A stretch of 64,000 nt of DNA from Octopus vulgaris (taxonomy: Eukaryota): NCBI GenBank assembly GCA_951406725.2, contig OX597818.1, forward strand, positions 13,826,001 through 13,890,000, read 5' to 3'. The notes under the pieces were generated by a model that was not told the DNA's origin, made no database searches, and saw only the letters and a list, made by a program, of their open reading frames with translations. Positions 12,420 to 26,034 of this stretch are shown one piece after another (position 1 is the stretch's first letter; every line of letters begins with the position of its first letter). Position numbers and translations under genes: made by a program.

Positions 12420-14140
12420 TTACACCGGGGAAGTTTATCAAGTGATAGCGATAAAACACTGCTTCGAAAGTCATCGGGAATAAAGACTAGAAATCGGGCC
12501 TAAAATAACAGACAAAGTGTTGGACTATATCCGTGTAAGAAATACTAAAATTTATTTCCATTTTCCAAATGAAATGATGTATTTTATATGTGTCATCTTC
12601 ATCGCCCTCACAACACGTGTAAACACGCTCGCTACCTCACGATTCAATCATCATCAGGTCATCTCCGTACCCAAACACCATACACAAAAAAAAATGAAGA
12701 ATAAATTAAATAATACCCGGATTATTCAACCCCAAGGATAACAATCAGGAAGTACATACTTTAAACTTGTTACACAAAATGTACGAAAAACTACGCCTGC
12801 AAAAGCATTTAACATCAAAAATGAACGGACCGGTACCCTACGCAAGTGATGACGATCAAAATAACGGACGGGACGTTATTCCTTACGTCCCGCAAATAAA
12901 ATAAAAAAATGCATAAATGAACACGTGAAGAATATATTTCAATCCTACACGCTTATTTTACAGTAGTGCTCTGCCCAAAGAACGACAACACAACAACATA
13001 TACATATGAAATCTGGAAGAAAATTAACCTAGATAAAGATATGGATACATCAATGAACCCTAATAAACTGGCTAACATACGGAGATATATTTTCAAAACA
13101 AAGCAATGCATCAAAAATAGAAATAGAACGCTTAAAAGGAAAAATACACCAGGAAAATGTAAGTAGTCACCACACAGCAATGCCAAATAATATCATAAAA
13201 ACTGGGACTGTAAAACACGAAGGTAGATGTAACATGTCCAACGAAGACGAAGTAAACAACAAAGAGAAGAAACCCAGACCTTAGGAATGTATAATGATGA
13301 GCAAAATGCAGCAAAACAGATCACTACTAATAAAAATATAAACGGAAGGAATAAGAAATAAATCTAAAACCTGGAAACAATGAAGGTGAAACTAATGATT
13401 ATAACACTCTAAAATGAGCATAATCAAAGAATTGAAAGCCACAGATCTCAGTATGGACCACCGATTGTACCTCCGAAAAATTAAAATTGATAATAAAACA
13501 ACATCAATTATAAATAGCATGAACCTGGCTGTCACTGAACTAATAGCCACAGAAACAAATGTCAATATGAACAGGTGAAATTATGAAGTATATGCAGTAG
13601 CCGCTGCGGCCGCAAAAGAAGCTGGATACTCCCTCAAACCCAATTTGTGACAACACGATCAGGAAGAGAAAGTGCTACATTGAAAAGTGTGCGAAAACTG
13701 GGAGATAGGGAAAGGTAAGACTAGCAAAATCCTCTCAGATTTCCCAATCCAAACAGACCGGACGTAGTGGTGGTGGACAAGATGTAGAACATACGTTATA
13801 TAGGTGGTGTTGCATGCCCCTTTGACCTACGAATAATGAAGAAGGAAGGCAAAAAGATAGATAAATACAACCCTTTTAAGTACGAAATAGCGCCCGATTA
13901 TGGAAAATGAGGAAGGTGAAGAGAGTGCCAGTTATTGCTGGGTCCTTGGCAATAGTATCAGTACGAAGGGGAAAACAAACGAAATTGAAATAAAGTGTCC
14001 AGTATAGCTGTTAGAAAAGGTATTCAGGAAAGCATTAAATAACTGAAAAGAATGGATAGCATGGTACCGCAGGCTTCAGGTAGCAAACCCGCTACACATG
14101 TAAGAATCCAGGAGCTCCAATAGAAACTGTCTTAAAGAGA
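12420..14140 (+). mobile_element. R4/Dong-clade non-LTR retrotransposon, internally deleted (N-terminal region and REL endonuclease kept, RT missing)
   Basis: N-terminal TYTYEIWKKIN...NPNKLANIRRYI, QHDQEEKVLH*KVC, then KILSDFPIQTD-RPDVVVVDK...VACPFD...KKIDKY...LWKMRKVKRVPVIAGSL (PD..D restriction-like endonuclease). Bounded by AAT-type repeats. Confidence 0.8.
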
Positions 14141-14631
<491 letters not shown>

Positions 14632-14633
<2 letters not shown>

Positions 14634-15140
14634 GCCCTGATGCACTATCAGACAGTGGCTCTCATGGCTTCTGATCTAGACTCATTGGAAGTGTTATCAT
14701 GTACATTGTTTTGTTTTGGTATAAAAGATGAGCTACACTAAATATTCTGCTCAACACCACAGATTTGCTTGTCAGTTGTTTGACCTTAACCAGTTGACCA
14801 CGTCCCTGATCACAAGCAGAAGTAGTGGGGTAGCATCATAGCCATGTGTTGAAAGAAATTCTTAGAGGTTTGGATAATTCACCTTTGGAAACATGGGTGG
14901 TTCGTTCAACGTCCTTAAACAATCCTTATTCAGGGTCCTTTTCAGGGGGATTGGCTATTCGACCAGAAGACAATTCTAACTGGGCCCCACCTGCTAGGTC
15001 ATGCGCTGTTTATCTTGATATGAGATCACCATGTCGCGCACATATGGTTGTGATGCATGTGCCTGGTGTACCCTTATCAGGCGGGTAGTCATGATAGTTA
15101 TACTGGGCTTCGTATATTTTATCCCAGTGTCACTTTGATG
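14632..15140. mobile_element. Unclassified GC-richer segment between (AAT)n and (GAT)n tracts, probably an interspersed repeat
   Basis: Sharp boundaries at trinucleotide tracts. No recognisable ORF. Confidence 0.35.
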
Positions 15141-15844
15141 ATAATAATGATGATGATGATGATCCTGAGGATAACATAATAATTTCTTAATAATCGCTCG
15201 TTCAATTGCGTTTTTTAAAGAGTAATATTTCTGCTGAGACTAATTGAAAATTATCTTCTGTACAGTTTATTTGCCTTCAGATATAACTTTATAAATAAAT
15301 TATTACGTTTCTACTTTGTTGAGCTTATTCTTTTATATATTTAAACATAGTTTTCTATCATTAAGATTACTGTTGACAGTAATTATATTTCGCAAATATT
15401 TACATCATGTAACTAAAAAAATGATATAATTACTGTATATGTGAACGATACATAGTGGCTTAATTTCTTTCTATCTGTGTACTATCCAATAACATTCTTC
15501 AGAACAATGAACGAGTTACAAATGCAGTGCTTAATTGTATTTTATCATGAATTTTCCTTTGCATGCGAGAAATGCGAGACGTTTCTGCTAAATATATATT
15601 ACGTCTGAAGATATATTTACGTATGTCTACCAGGTACTCATAAAAAAGTATATTGTTATTCTTCATATGAAGGTAGTAATTTGGATAAGGATTACATCGA
15701 TTAGTTACAATTACAGTGAACAACTGAAAAAGCTGTAACTAAAAAAAATCATAACTGTTGCAGCAATGTTAATGACGATATCCAACTAACGAGAAAAGAA
15801 TATTAATATTTAAATAATATATGTGTGTGTATATTTGTGTGTAT

Positions 15845-16530
15845 GGTGGTTGTCTACTCCTTATGTTGAGTCTGACCATCGCCTGCACCTACAGCTTAAG
15901 TCCATCATGGCGTCTGATAAGACTTTTTAAACCACAAAAGACATCCATATAGAATGCATATGCGATTTGGACTACCAAGAGCAGAAGTTAAGTTCTGATC
16001 TTTGTGGACCTTAAAATGTCTTTTGAGGTCACCGTTAGATTTGCAGACATTTTGGCATACATGGCATTGAAAGGTGTGCACAGACATATAGGCAGAATGG
16101 CGGAGGGCCGTTTCTTATAGGTTCGCAAATGAGATTTGAGCCCAACAAAAGGTAGGCATGGAGTGTCGCAAACTGTGCGCCCAAAAAGGTCATTGCGTTT
16201 CACCTTCTCCATCGTAACATACTTCTTTAAATCTCTCTTGTGGCTTGCATGCGTTAGCCTGGCTTTCATTCCACGGCACACTTTTGTACACGACCCAGCT
16301 CGATCCGAAGCAAGAGTTTCTATGTCCTCTGGATCCATTCCAAGTGACTTCATGGTAGTCCATATGCCGTTCTTAAACTTCTTTTTAGGTTTACACTGAT
16401 AGCAATTCCTCTCTGCAATCTCGCCCAATAACAGTTGTTTGTGCGTTCATCCAACAATTGCACAAAATCTCATTTGTCTTTTTTTCAGAATCATTGCTTT
16501 AATTGAAGTAATGCCTGCAGACGCAATGAT
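15845..16530 (-). mobile_element. RTE-clade LINE 3' end with C-terminal C2H2 zinc fingers, decayed
   Basis: LLGEIAERNCYQCKPKKKFKN...MKSLGMDPEDIETLASDRAG (RTE C-terminal motif), then CDTPCLPFVGLKSHLRT and FQCHVCQNVCKSNGDLKRHFKVH. Confidence 0.75.
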
Positions 16531-16550
16531 TAAAAGTAACTCCATTTAAT

Positions 16551-16673
<123 letters not shown>

Positions 16674-16732
16674 AAGACATAGAGAGAAGAGAAAGAGAGG
16701 GAGGGAGAGAGACATGTTAGTAAAATTACTAC

Positions 16733-17280
16733 GGGAAATAGTTAGCACTAGCATTGCTAGAAAAAGAGTCAAAACAACTCTTAGCCGCGAGAAAGATCTT
16801 ATCTAACGACTGACGAGAGAGGCAAGCTCCGCTCAACATTCGGGACATAGCCAGATCACCAGTGATTTTGCATTTGTTTAATGCCCGTCAGTGGCTCTCA
16901 TCCGGCTGTCTATTGTTAAGCTAGCTCGCCATGTCAGTTTATAAGAGCTACCGTAGAAATCGTGTGCTGATTACATAATTGGTACAAGTGAATATTATAA
17001 ATCAGGGGCCTTATTCGCAAATTACAAACTAAAGGCAGGAGTATAGACATCACTAAAGTGAGTAAGGTACTAGTTAGCACCAGCAACAAGGCGAGTTACC
17101 TTCACCCTAGGCAGCCGGGTGAGATCCACTGTCGAGCAGTAATTAATTGCGAAATCACTGGTAATATGGCTATGTCCTGGATGCTGTGGGGAGCTTCCCA
17201 CTCTTGTCAGTCAATGCTTTCTCGTGGCTAAGAGTTATTTTTACTCATTTTGATACCAATGCTGGTTCTAACTAGTACCC
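16733..17280. mobile_element. MITE/foldback element with ~200-bp inverted arms
   Basis: 16733-16935 is the diverged reverse complement of 17085-17280. A third copy of the terminal motif lies at ~17065-17090. Confidence 0.7.
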
Positions 17281-17751
17281 TTAGCTAATTCAATTGCATC
17301 TATATTTCTGCGTTTATGTTGTAAATTGCGAATAAGCTATCTTTAATATATATATAAGCGCCTATGAATGTAGTCACAAAAGCACACCCATGTGCATATA
17401 TGTGTCGTCGGCGTGGTTATCTGTGTATCATTGCGCATTTCTTTAGGAGTGGTTAGGTTTTATTAAAACACCCTGTTTAATGCATTATGAGATGCAGCGT
17501 CGACGATTATTGAGTACTCTTTTAAAAAAAGTGTTTGCATTCGCTAAAAAGTTGAGTTCCACCACTATGTACATTTTCTATTCCCCTTCCTTTATCATTA
17601 TATCTGGTTTATTTATATAGTTCAATAATATTTTTTATGAGAATATCAGACTTTTGTCTTTCATAATATTAGAGAGTAAGCTATCTTTTGAATTATCCGT
17701 AAAGGAACTAATATAAAGAGGAAAGTATTGCAGTTCGCTTGGAGCATTGTG

Positions 17752-18162
17752 CATTGTTTATAAAATATAATGTGTCTTGAATGGCACAACAATACACTAT
17801 AATAATAACAATAGACCATAATGACTGTTATAATTTAATTATAGATAGTTTATGATTTTTCTGATGACGAACGTATGTATATATTTCAATGATCGTCGAA
17901 GGGTAAGGCTGCAGAAGCACGTGGATAGATGTACGTTGGTGATGGTGTTGGGAATTATGTTTTTTTGGGGGCAGTGTTTAAGAAAGTTTATTTGGCATCC
18001 GATTTTGGCATGTTCCTCCGATAGCTTGATTACCCTTCGACGATCACAGAAATACATTCGTTCGTTATCAGAAATGTCATACACTATCTATAGTTAAATT
18101 ATAACAGTTATTATAGACCATTGTTGTGTCATGAAGGACACATTATGTGATAATATAAATAA
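17752..18162. mobile_element. Inverted-repeat element, probably Penelope-derived (inverted pLTRs around an ORF start)
   Basis: Arms ~17752-17915 and ~18010-18162. The minus strand reads KLSEEHAKIGCQINFLKHCPQKNIIP, resembling the Penelope N-terminal FLxxCxxxxIIP motif. Confidence 0.5.
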
Positions 18163-18601
18163 CACTGAATTCTAAATATTTTTACAAAACAAAAATTTTA
18201 TCGGCTGTCAACTATTTGAGGTGACACATGCGAAAGAGAACTATTATTAATTTTTAGTTTTTGAAATGAAAGATTCATCAGCGTCTGACACGTTTTGTAC
18301 AGCTCCATTAAATGAGAAATTCACACATATTATCAGGTACCTATCCAATATTTTAACTGAGAAAGAAAACTTATTACTAATTTATTTTATAATATGGCCT
18401 ATGAAGAAGAATTGCCTTCCAAGAAATATATTTATAATCAGAAAAGAAACCAAGGTGTCTGTTGCAAACTACGCTTGAGAACTTTCCTGTCATCCAAATT
18501 AGTAAGGAATTTTGTAACATTTTCTTAGCAAATATTTCCAATAAAATATATATGCATATTACTTACATGCATATAAGTATACAAGTGTACGTGAATATAT
18601 A

Positions 18602-19643
18602 CAGGGGCTTGACAAAATAATGGAAACACCTAGCATCATAGCATCTTAATTTGAAATATCGATAAAACCATCAAAAGCTACTTTATGTTTTTTGATTTAT
18701 TATTAGTGTTGCTTAAAGTTTTGCTAAAATTACTGTTTTTTTCAGATACCATCAGCAAAATGTAATTAAAATACATTAAAATGACAGATCAAAGCGGTCA
18801 AATTGTTGGTGGTCGTATGGCAGACGCTAGCGTAACGAAATCAGCCGAAATGTTTGGTGTATTATGAAGTACTGCCTCAACAATAATGACAATCTTTGAG
18901 AAAGTCGGAAAACCCTCCTCACCGAAACAAAAATTCCGGAAGAAAACCAAAATTTTCATATAGAGACAGTCGGATTCTTACGCGAATTGTTCGAAAGCAT
19001 CACAAAGTACAGCTCCCAAAATGACTGCAGATTTTAATGACCACCTCGAGAACCCAGTTTCCACAAAAACTGTTCACCGGGAGCTGCACAAAGCCGGATT
19101 TCACGGGAGGGCTGCAATCGGAAAATACTACTTTCAAAACAAACGTTGCAAAGCATTTAGAGTGGAGTAGAAACATACAGAATTGGTCACTAAAGCTTTC
19201 CATTCATGGCAGAATTAAGAGTGAAGACTATTTAAGCATTTAATCTGATCAAATTCATCCAATAGTTGCGGAACTGTTTCCGGAAGGAAACGCAATCATC
19301 CAGGATGATAACGTACCAATTCATACAGCTAAGCTTGTTACTGAATGACACGAGGAACATTCTAGTGAAGCTGAACATCTTATCTGGCCACCACAGTCCC
19401 TAGATCTCAATATTATTGAACATTTATGGTGCATTTTAGAAAAACAAGTAAGGAATCGATATCCTCCACCGTCATCACTACAAGAACTGGAGACTGTTTT
19501 AGCTGAAGAATGGACAAAACTTCCTTTGGAAACAACTAAAACTTTGTACGAGTCCCTAACTCGTAGAATTGAAGCTGTAATTACTACAAAAGGCGGTCCT
19601 ACCTCATTAAAATCAATTTGCTTCATATTTTGTCCAACACCTG
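18602..19643 (+). mobile_element. Tc1-family (DD34E) transposon, internally deleted pseudogene
   Basis: TA|CAGGGGCTTGACAAAATA...TATTTTGTCCAACACCTG TIRs. Peptides GQIVGGRMADASVTKSAEMFGV, VSTKTVHRELHKAGFHGRAA, IQDDNVPIHTAK, WPPQSLDLNIIEHLW and RRIEAVITTKGGPT. Confidence 0.9.
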
Positions 19644-19672
19644 TGTGAGTGTGTGTGTGTGTTTGTATGTAT

Positions 19673-19720
<48 letters not shown>

Positions 19721-19850
19721 TACGGAGGGGTATGTACTTGCATAGCAAGTGACCTGATCTCAGATCGTATGCTGAAACGAAATCAATTGCAGCGTGGAAG
19801 GTGTTTATAAGCCATTTAAAAATACCTGCCACACTGCAATTGTTGTTGTA
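19721..19850. mobile_element. Collapsed copy of the 3072-3416 foldback family, between (TA)n tracts
   Basis: tacttgcatagcaagtgacctgatctcagatcgt...caattgcagcgtggaaggtgttt matches 3072-3110 and the reverse of 3340-3415. Short residual hairpin caattgcag..ctgcaattg. Confidence 0.65.
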
Positions 19851-19925
19851 TATATATATATATGTATATATATTTATATATATGTGCGTGTGTGTGTGTA
19901 TGTGTATGTATGTATGCATGTGTGT

Positions 19926-20090
19926 GTGGTGGTGCAATGGCCTTATGGTTAGGACAGCGGACAAGCGGTCGTAGGATCACGGTTTCGATTCTCAGGGCGG
20001 CGTTATGATTGTTTATTAAGCGAAAACACCTGAAGCACCATGAGTCTCCGGCAGGGGTTGTGGCGAACGCTGCTGTACTCTTTCACCACT
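19926..20090 (+). mobile_element. tRNA-derived SINE, 3'-truncated (same family as 38716-39093)
   Basis: gcaatggccttatggttaggacagcggac...ggtttcgattc...gcgaaaacacct...ctccggcagggg. Confidence 0.75.
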
Positions 20091-23000
20091 ATTTTTAGAA
20101 GACTGGTATATTTGGAAGTCACATACATACTATTGTTTGTTTTTATCCCTAATTATTGTTAGCAAACCGTTTTATTAAACTAACCTTCGTTTTTAATGCA
20201 TTAAACACGTTGGAACCAATATTTAACAAATATATTTCTCAAACCAAAACATGTTTCCGAGAAATAAATGAATCTCGGAGCAAACTGAGATATATAATGA
20301 AATAAAATCATTAATATCGAATCCGACTGAAACATGTAAAAAGCAGAAATGTTTTTCACGCCATGCATTTAATATTCTAAACTTATGAAATGTGACAGCA
20401 TCGCAGTCAGATGCATTTGAACTACTAGCTTGTCAACGAGGGAGATAAAAGCGGGCTTTTGAACATGCTAAGAACAACAGCCAAAATACACGCAAAACGC
20501 CTAAGGTTTCAAACAGGAAGCACACAAGGGATAATGTCATCCTAGATAAAGAAGTAAAAGTGCTGGAAATATTTTGATCATATGGCTGTTCATAAAATGT
20601 TGATCTTTGAGTACACAATATCTGATGTGTGTAATATTTATTTAGTGGATATACTACATAATGAACATTGGCATATTCAAAGTTATCTGTTTAGAGTTAT
20701 TCTGCATAATGTTCCTATTTATATTTATTTGCATTTAATAAACAAAAGTGTTGCAATGATGGTGAATCCTTATAGAACAATAGGAAAATGGTACTAATAT
20801 ATCCATTACAACTACCGTCTTATGTTTTGCGTTGAGAACTCACAGATTTATATGTGTGACAGAATGTTATCATGCCGAACTTTGGTTTTACTATATAAGA
20901 ATATCCAGTTTTTGGCATATGCAAGATATGGAAGTATATGATCTTGATATTGCTAACTGAAACTTATGCATAACATGGAAGATAGCTAAAATTTCAAATG
21001 CACATCATGCATTACATTGCATGTGACTGACACAATGTAAATGTCAAGAAGTATTTCCGTTTCATGAAATAAGAATATTTTTATGAGATGTACAGTGTTA
21101 TTGCAAATAATATTATGGATTATAGAAATCTGCAACACATTGGAAAAATCAGGACATTGTTTAAAAGTCAATACATATGAAATGTTTAAAACACAACATA
21201 GAGCCGTGTTATTGCAAACACGACTAAGAATGCTTTAAGGACACTTTCATCTTCAATATGGTGGCCAATTAATCATATCTTATGCTGAGCGAAATGGAAA
21301 ACATCTACTCATTTCTTATAGCTATTCAAGGCAGGTGAGAACAACATCGCCTATGTTATATTTAATTGAAATTCCGATCTTACGCGGTAAGGACAAAAAT
21401 ATTAAAACACGGGAGAACAATGTTAATGTAATATGGTCTTTAGCAGGGGCAAAAATATCATGTTCTTATTTTAAAACTGCTCACCAAGGAACAAGATAAA
21501 TGGTTCAACCAATATCCAAATTTCTCAATTTTTTGCTTTTCTATTAGATTCGAATTATTTCTAAAAGTTTTAAGATGCACTGAGATTCTAGACTCTTTGT
21601 ATACATCTTACTACTAAACTGACATTTACCTTTCTCATCTTAATGAGTTCCATTAGAATATGCTTTTTTTGCAGCTGCATAATATCTGATTTATACAGTG
21701 ATATATATCAGTAACCAAATGACAAATGTTTATGTCAAGAATGGCAGGAAAACATATGACATTCCCTCAAATGTAATTTCCGACACATAACTCGCTAAAT
21801 CTCTTAAAAGTGTGCTTTACATATCACGTACGCTTAAAAACGTACATATAAGAATATAAATAACAAAGGGAAACAAACGTAGACACATATACATTGAAAA
21901 TATATTGCTGCTGCCTAATCAAGGTAGAAAAATGTTAGCATTCATTTGCTTCTTTAACTGTTGAAGAAGGAGGCAGTCTAAAAATGAGCTATATAACCTG
22001 CAACAGCAATCAAAGATATCTGTTTCTTTACACGACACTTAAATTACAAATACATTTTTTTACTGCTGCGGAAATTTCCTTAGGTTTTCTCCATAAGAAT
22101 TGTCTATAAATACTATTGCAGAATGTTTTCACCCGTCGGAACAACTTGCTACCCTTATTCTCCAAAACATTTCTTTAATGAAAATGTCTTGACTTAGTAC
22201 ATCAAGTTTTAAAACACAATTAACCATTAAATTTCTATACTACTCTCATTGTTGGGTGTTTCCTATAATTCTTTAAGTTCTTATACCTGTAATTCTTTTA
22301 TGTACCAATTTACGAAACTCTATATTTTACTTCTCCCTTTATTTCTAAAATAATAAGTCATGTCTTTTATTTTTTATTTTTTATTATTTTGACGGGGATT
22401 TCCTAATGGATTCGAATCATTTCTGAATGTGAAAACGTCGCACCAGTGCAGTCTTGATCACTATTGCTTATTTATGTAAAAGTTTTGGATTGTCTTTTTT
22501 GTGGTTTGAATAAAAATTGTTCCTGTAAGATAAGGCTGTAATTTTAATCAAATTTTGTTGCATTCTGCATCAGTTATACTAACGACTAAGTTTACTTTTA
22601 GGTCATCGTGCTGCGAGTGCTCGCTTATTTCTGAAGTCATCAATTTAAGTTATTACACAAGTATCTATTCACCAAGAAAAATATAAAAGTGTCCTCTATA
22701 TTTCTACTCATTTTTAACCCGACATTTAGGTTTACCCTATTCTTTGCAGATGAGGAGAGAAATATTGAAAAATTGATAAGATCCTGGTAATGATCATGCT
22801 CACTACTTGCTGCATTCATATTTAATTTAAATAACAAAATTGCTGTTACCACCTGTCTGTTTCGATCAAAATTAGTTATATTATATAAACAAAATGCGTT
22901 TAGAATATAATATTCAGACGTATGTTTCATCTTAATATTATATTGTTAACACATTTGTGTAATTACTGATTATCTTACATGAAACTACGAAACATCTCAT

Positions 23001-25231
23001 GAACCTTCGAAATATCATATCATATTAAGATAGTTTTATATAAAGCGTAATTGAATTATCGTATTTTTTTCCACTACTACTTTCAATAGTAGTAATCATT
23101 TATCACAATAGACGTGTTTTACTTTCAAAAAAGGCAACTGCATTTCATACCAAATTGTATAATTAGAATAAAGATATTTATACTTTATTTCATGAATTTG
23201 CAAACCACAAAATCTTTTTGCTTGCTTTATAATTTATATTTCGATTTATAAACTTGTTAAATCAACAGTTTTTGCTTTCTTCAGGAAATATACGTACGCC
23301 CTCTCTCTCCTTCATAACCTATATATTTATATTTGTTGTATAAATGCATAAACAAAAATATATTATGTGACATTGTAGGGTAATTTATCTGATAATAAAT
23401 GGTCTATGTTTAAAAGTTATTGTTAATTTACGTACTGAACATCGATAATAGGATAAATACTTATGATGAGAGTATGGTGTAAAATATGGCACATCGTTTG
23501 ATAAAGAGCCATAAACTTTCACTTCTCTATGTCATAATCGAGACAACTCGTTTCCTGCTTGTTATTTTGATGGAAAGATTAAATACCACAGCTTATCGAG
23601 AGAAATTCTCCCTCTGGGTGACCAAGAATTAGCTCATATAAAGATAATCAATATGTCATTAGCGATAAGTTTAAATGTTATAAACCTGATTAGGGTGCTC
23701 CTGATTGCCACTGTATGTACAGTATTTTATTCGGTGGTGTTGCTCCAGATACAACGGACACACGAAAGTATCCTCTATACAGACGTTCAGTGTGGAATAA
23801 TTTCTTAATATGAACTAACAATTATTTGCGTTGCTTTTGTAGCTGGTGTACAAAAAGAGTTACTGACTAGTTTCGACCTTCAACCAACAAGAATAATCTG
23901 CTGTCATTTGGTGATACATTGGTTTAGGAAATGCTCTGCCTTAACTCCCACTCAACTATCTTTAAAATATTTTAACTAAATTGCACAAAAGATTTAACAG
24001 CTAATTTCTACTTAAACGACTCTATCGCATATGCTAGAACAAGGATGATCATATTCGTCAATGTAAAATACAGTTCACTATATTTCACATCACATGATAT
24101 TTTGGTAGTATATCTTAAATTATGATTTAAATAATAAGCGATAAAATTTCAAACAACTATACCCGTTGAAATAAAATATACACATCTACTTAATTTGAGT
24201 CAGGCTCCAAATTTGGGAGATGCATTTACTCAAAATGTCACACACGTACTTTTACTGGCTTACAGAGCATGCAGGTTGGTAATACGTTTCTGTTGGTGTC
24301 AATTTTACAATATTTCAGGCACAGGAGGCTGATGCATTCCCGCCCTAGCCAGTGCCGGATGAATTCTACTGTCCACCTGAACATCCTGTCATATTCGATG
24401 ATAGAGTTGTTAGCTGCATACCAACAAGAGATTTGGCTTACAGTTCTCTTCCTCGAACCTACATTCAACTTTCTCTCATCTACGTAATTTTTATCAATGT
24501 TTAGGGAATTATTTCCCTTCTTCCACTGGACCATGACCGAATTTCAAACGTTAAAAGATACGTGCCACATTTCAAAAATACACCTTCTTCAAAACCTAAA
24601 TTTCTCCGAGACACAAGTGTCCTGTCGAGTTTCCTGTCTATTATATATGCTACACTGTATATCACGCCCTAAATCTAAATACTTAATGGAGTTTACAGCT
24701 TCGACTTAGTGAATCAATTGTTTTCCTTCCAAATGTATGTAATAGCCGATGCGATGTGGATTAATTAATTCACTAAGTCGAAGATAATTTTTTACCATTC
24801 TTTTGAGGGACACCTGTTTCTATTGCTCTACAAATTATCCATCTTCGACTACGTCACGTTGTTTCTAGAATGAGGACATTTATCTCTAACCTTTCTCACA
24901 ATCCAATTTCTTCGTGGATTTCAATGTTCACTTTATGTCATGAAACTGATATGTATTCATGTGTGTAGAAGAGCAAGCGTTTTGTATGAGTATCTAATTA
25001 ATCTTAAATTCCGCACCAATCTAGTACGCTGATAGATACTGTGGGTATCTAAAACAAGTGATATACGCCCAGCAACTTCCCCGTTGCCATCAAGCTCCAT
25101 GCTTGTCTAATATTTGCCATACCAAGATAACTCATGATATAGTAAGTTAAGTACAGAAATGTTTCATTCTATGAATCTTATTTGTAGTATATTATTATAA
25201 TTTTATTATACCATTAATATATATCGTATAG

Positions 25232-25335
25232 TGGAGGCACGTGACTTAGTGGTTAGCGTGTCAGCATCATGATCGTAGGATTGTGGTTTTGATTCCTGGA
25301 CTGGCGTCCCGTCCAGCTGGAGAACACATACACCC
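25232..25335 (+). mobile_element. tRNA-derived SINE head, internally deleted (family of 4421-4662)
   Basis: ggaggcacgtgacttagtggttagcgtgtcagc...gattcctggactggcgtcccgtccagctgg. Confidence 0.7.
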
Positions 25336-26034
25336 AACAAACAGTAATTTCTGCTGACACTGAGCAATCTTGCCTACTGTTTTTGACTCCAATAACCTTT
25401 ATGTTTACATTCTTTCAAATGTTATATAATGGTCTTAAACAACAATAAGTTCTTGCTTACTGTATTATTAAATCAAATGCTTCTTCATACATACCTACAT
25501 TAATAATATTACCTACCCGAAACTGATTATGCAACGGAAATCGTAATATATATATATATTGAGGTAATACTGTTTTTCATGGAGTGAAATGATAAAAATT
25601 CTCTTTAGCACCAATTGGCAACTTGCATACACTAAGAAGACAATATCTATTGTTAGGATATTTTTTCTAGCTAGGTATAATTTATTTATATTCTCCCAAA
25701 AATATGCATGATAACTTTACGTGTGCATATTAGCCCTTTGAAAGAAACAAATAATGAGCTAAAGGAAAATAATGAGCGTAATTGCTGAGGTTATCCTACC
25801 TGTTATTCAAAAGAAAGTAAATGCAGCATAATTTTCATTACTTATTCTGTAGACAAGTCTTTTTCTTCAGGAGCATATTTCATGTAGGCATGTGGTTATA
25901 GAAATACATTGATAAACGATATAGTTAAATCTACAGAAAAAATAAATCATGTACTTCTAATTTATAACAAGAATAATTTGAATAACTTTATGATTGTGAG
26001 CTGTTGAGAAAAGAAATATTTTTTCAGGTTGTAA

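Noticed and set aside
15905-16087. Host C2H2 zinc-finger gene
   Set aside because: It is contiguous with a frameshifted RTE C-terminus and lacks TGEKP linkers.
16810-16840. CTGACGA hammerhead start
   Set aside because: No GAAA or stem I partner follows.
17861-17905. CTGATGA...CGAAG hammerhead candidate
   Set aside because: GAAG instead of GAAA, and no stem I or stem III closure.
20100-25200. Low-repeat stretch as a possible host exon region (also 33600-36500)
   Set aside because: No recognisable coding motif. Small exons cannot be excluded without transcript data.
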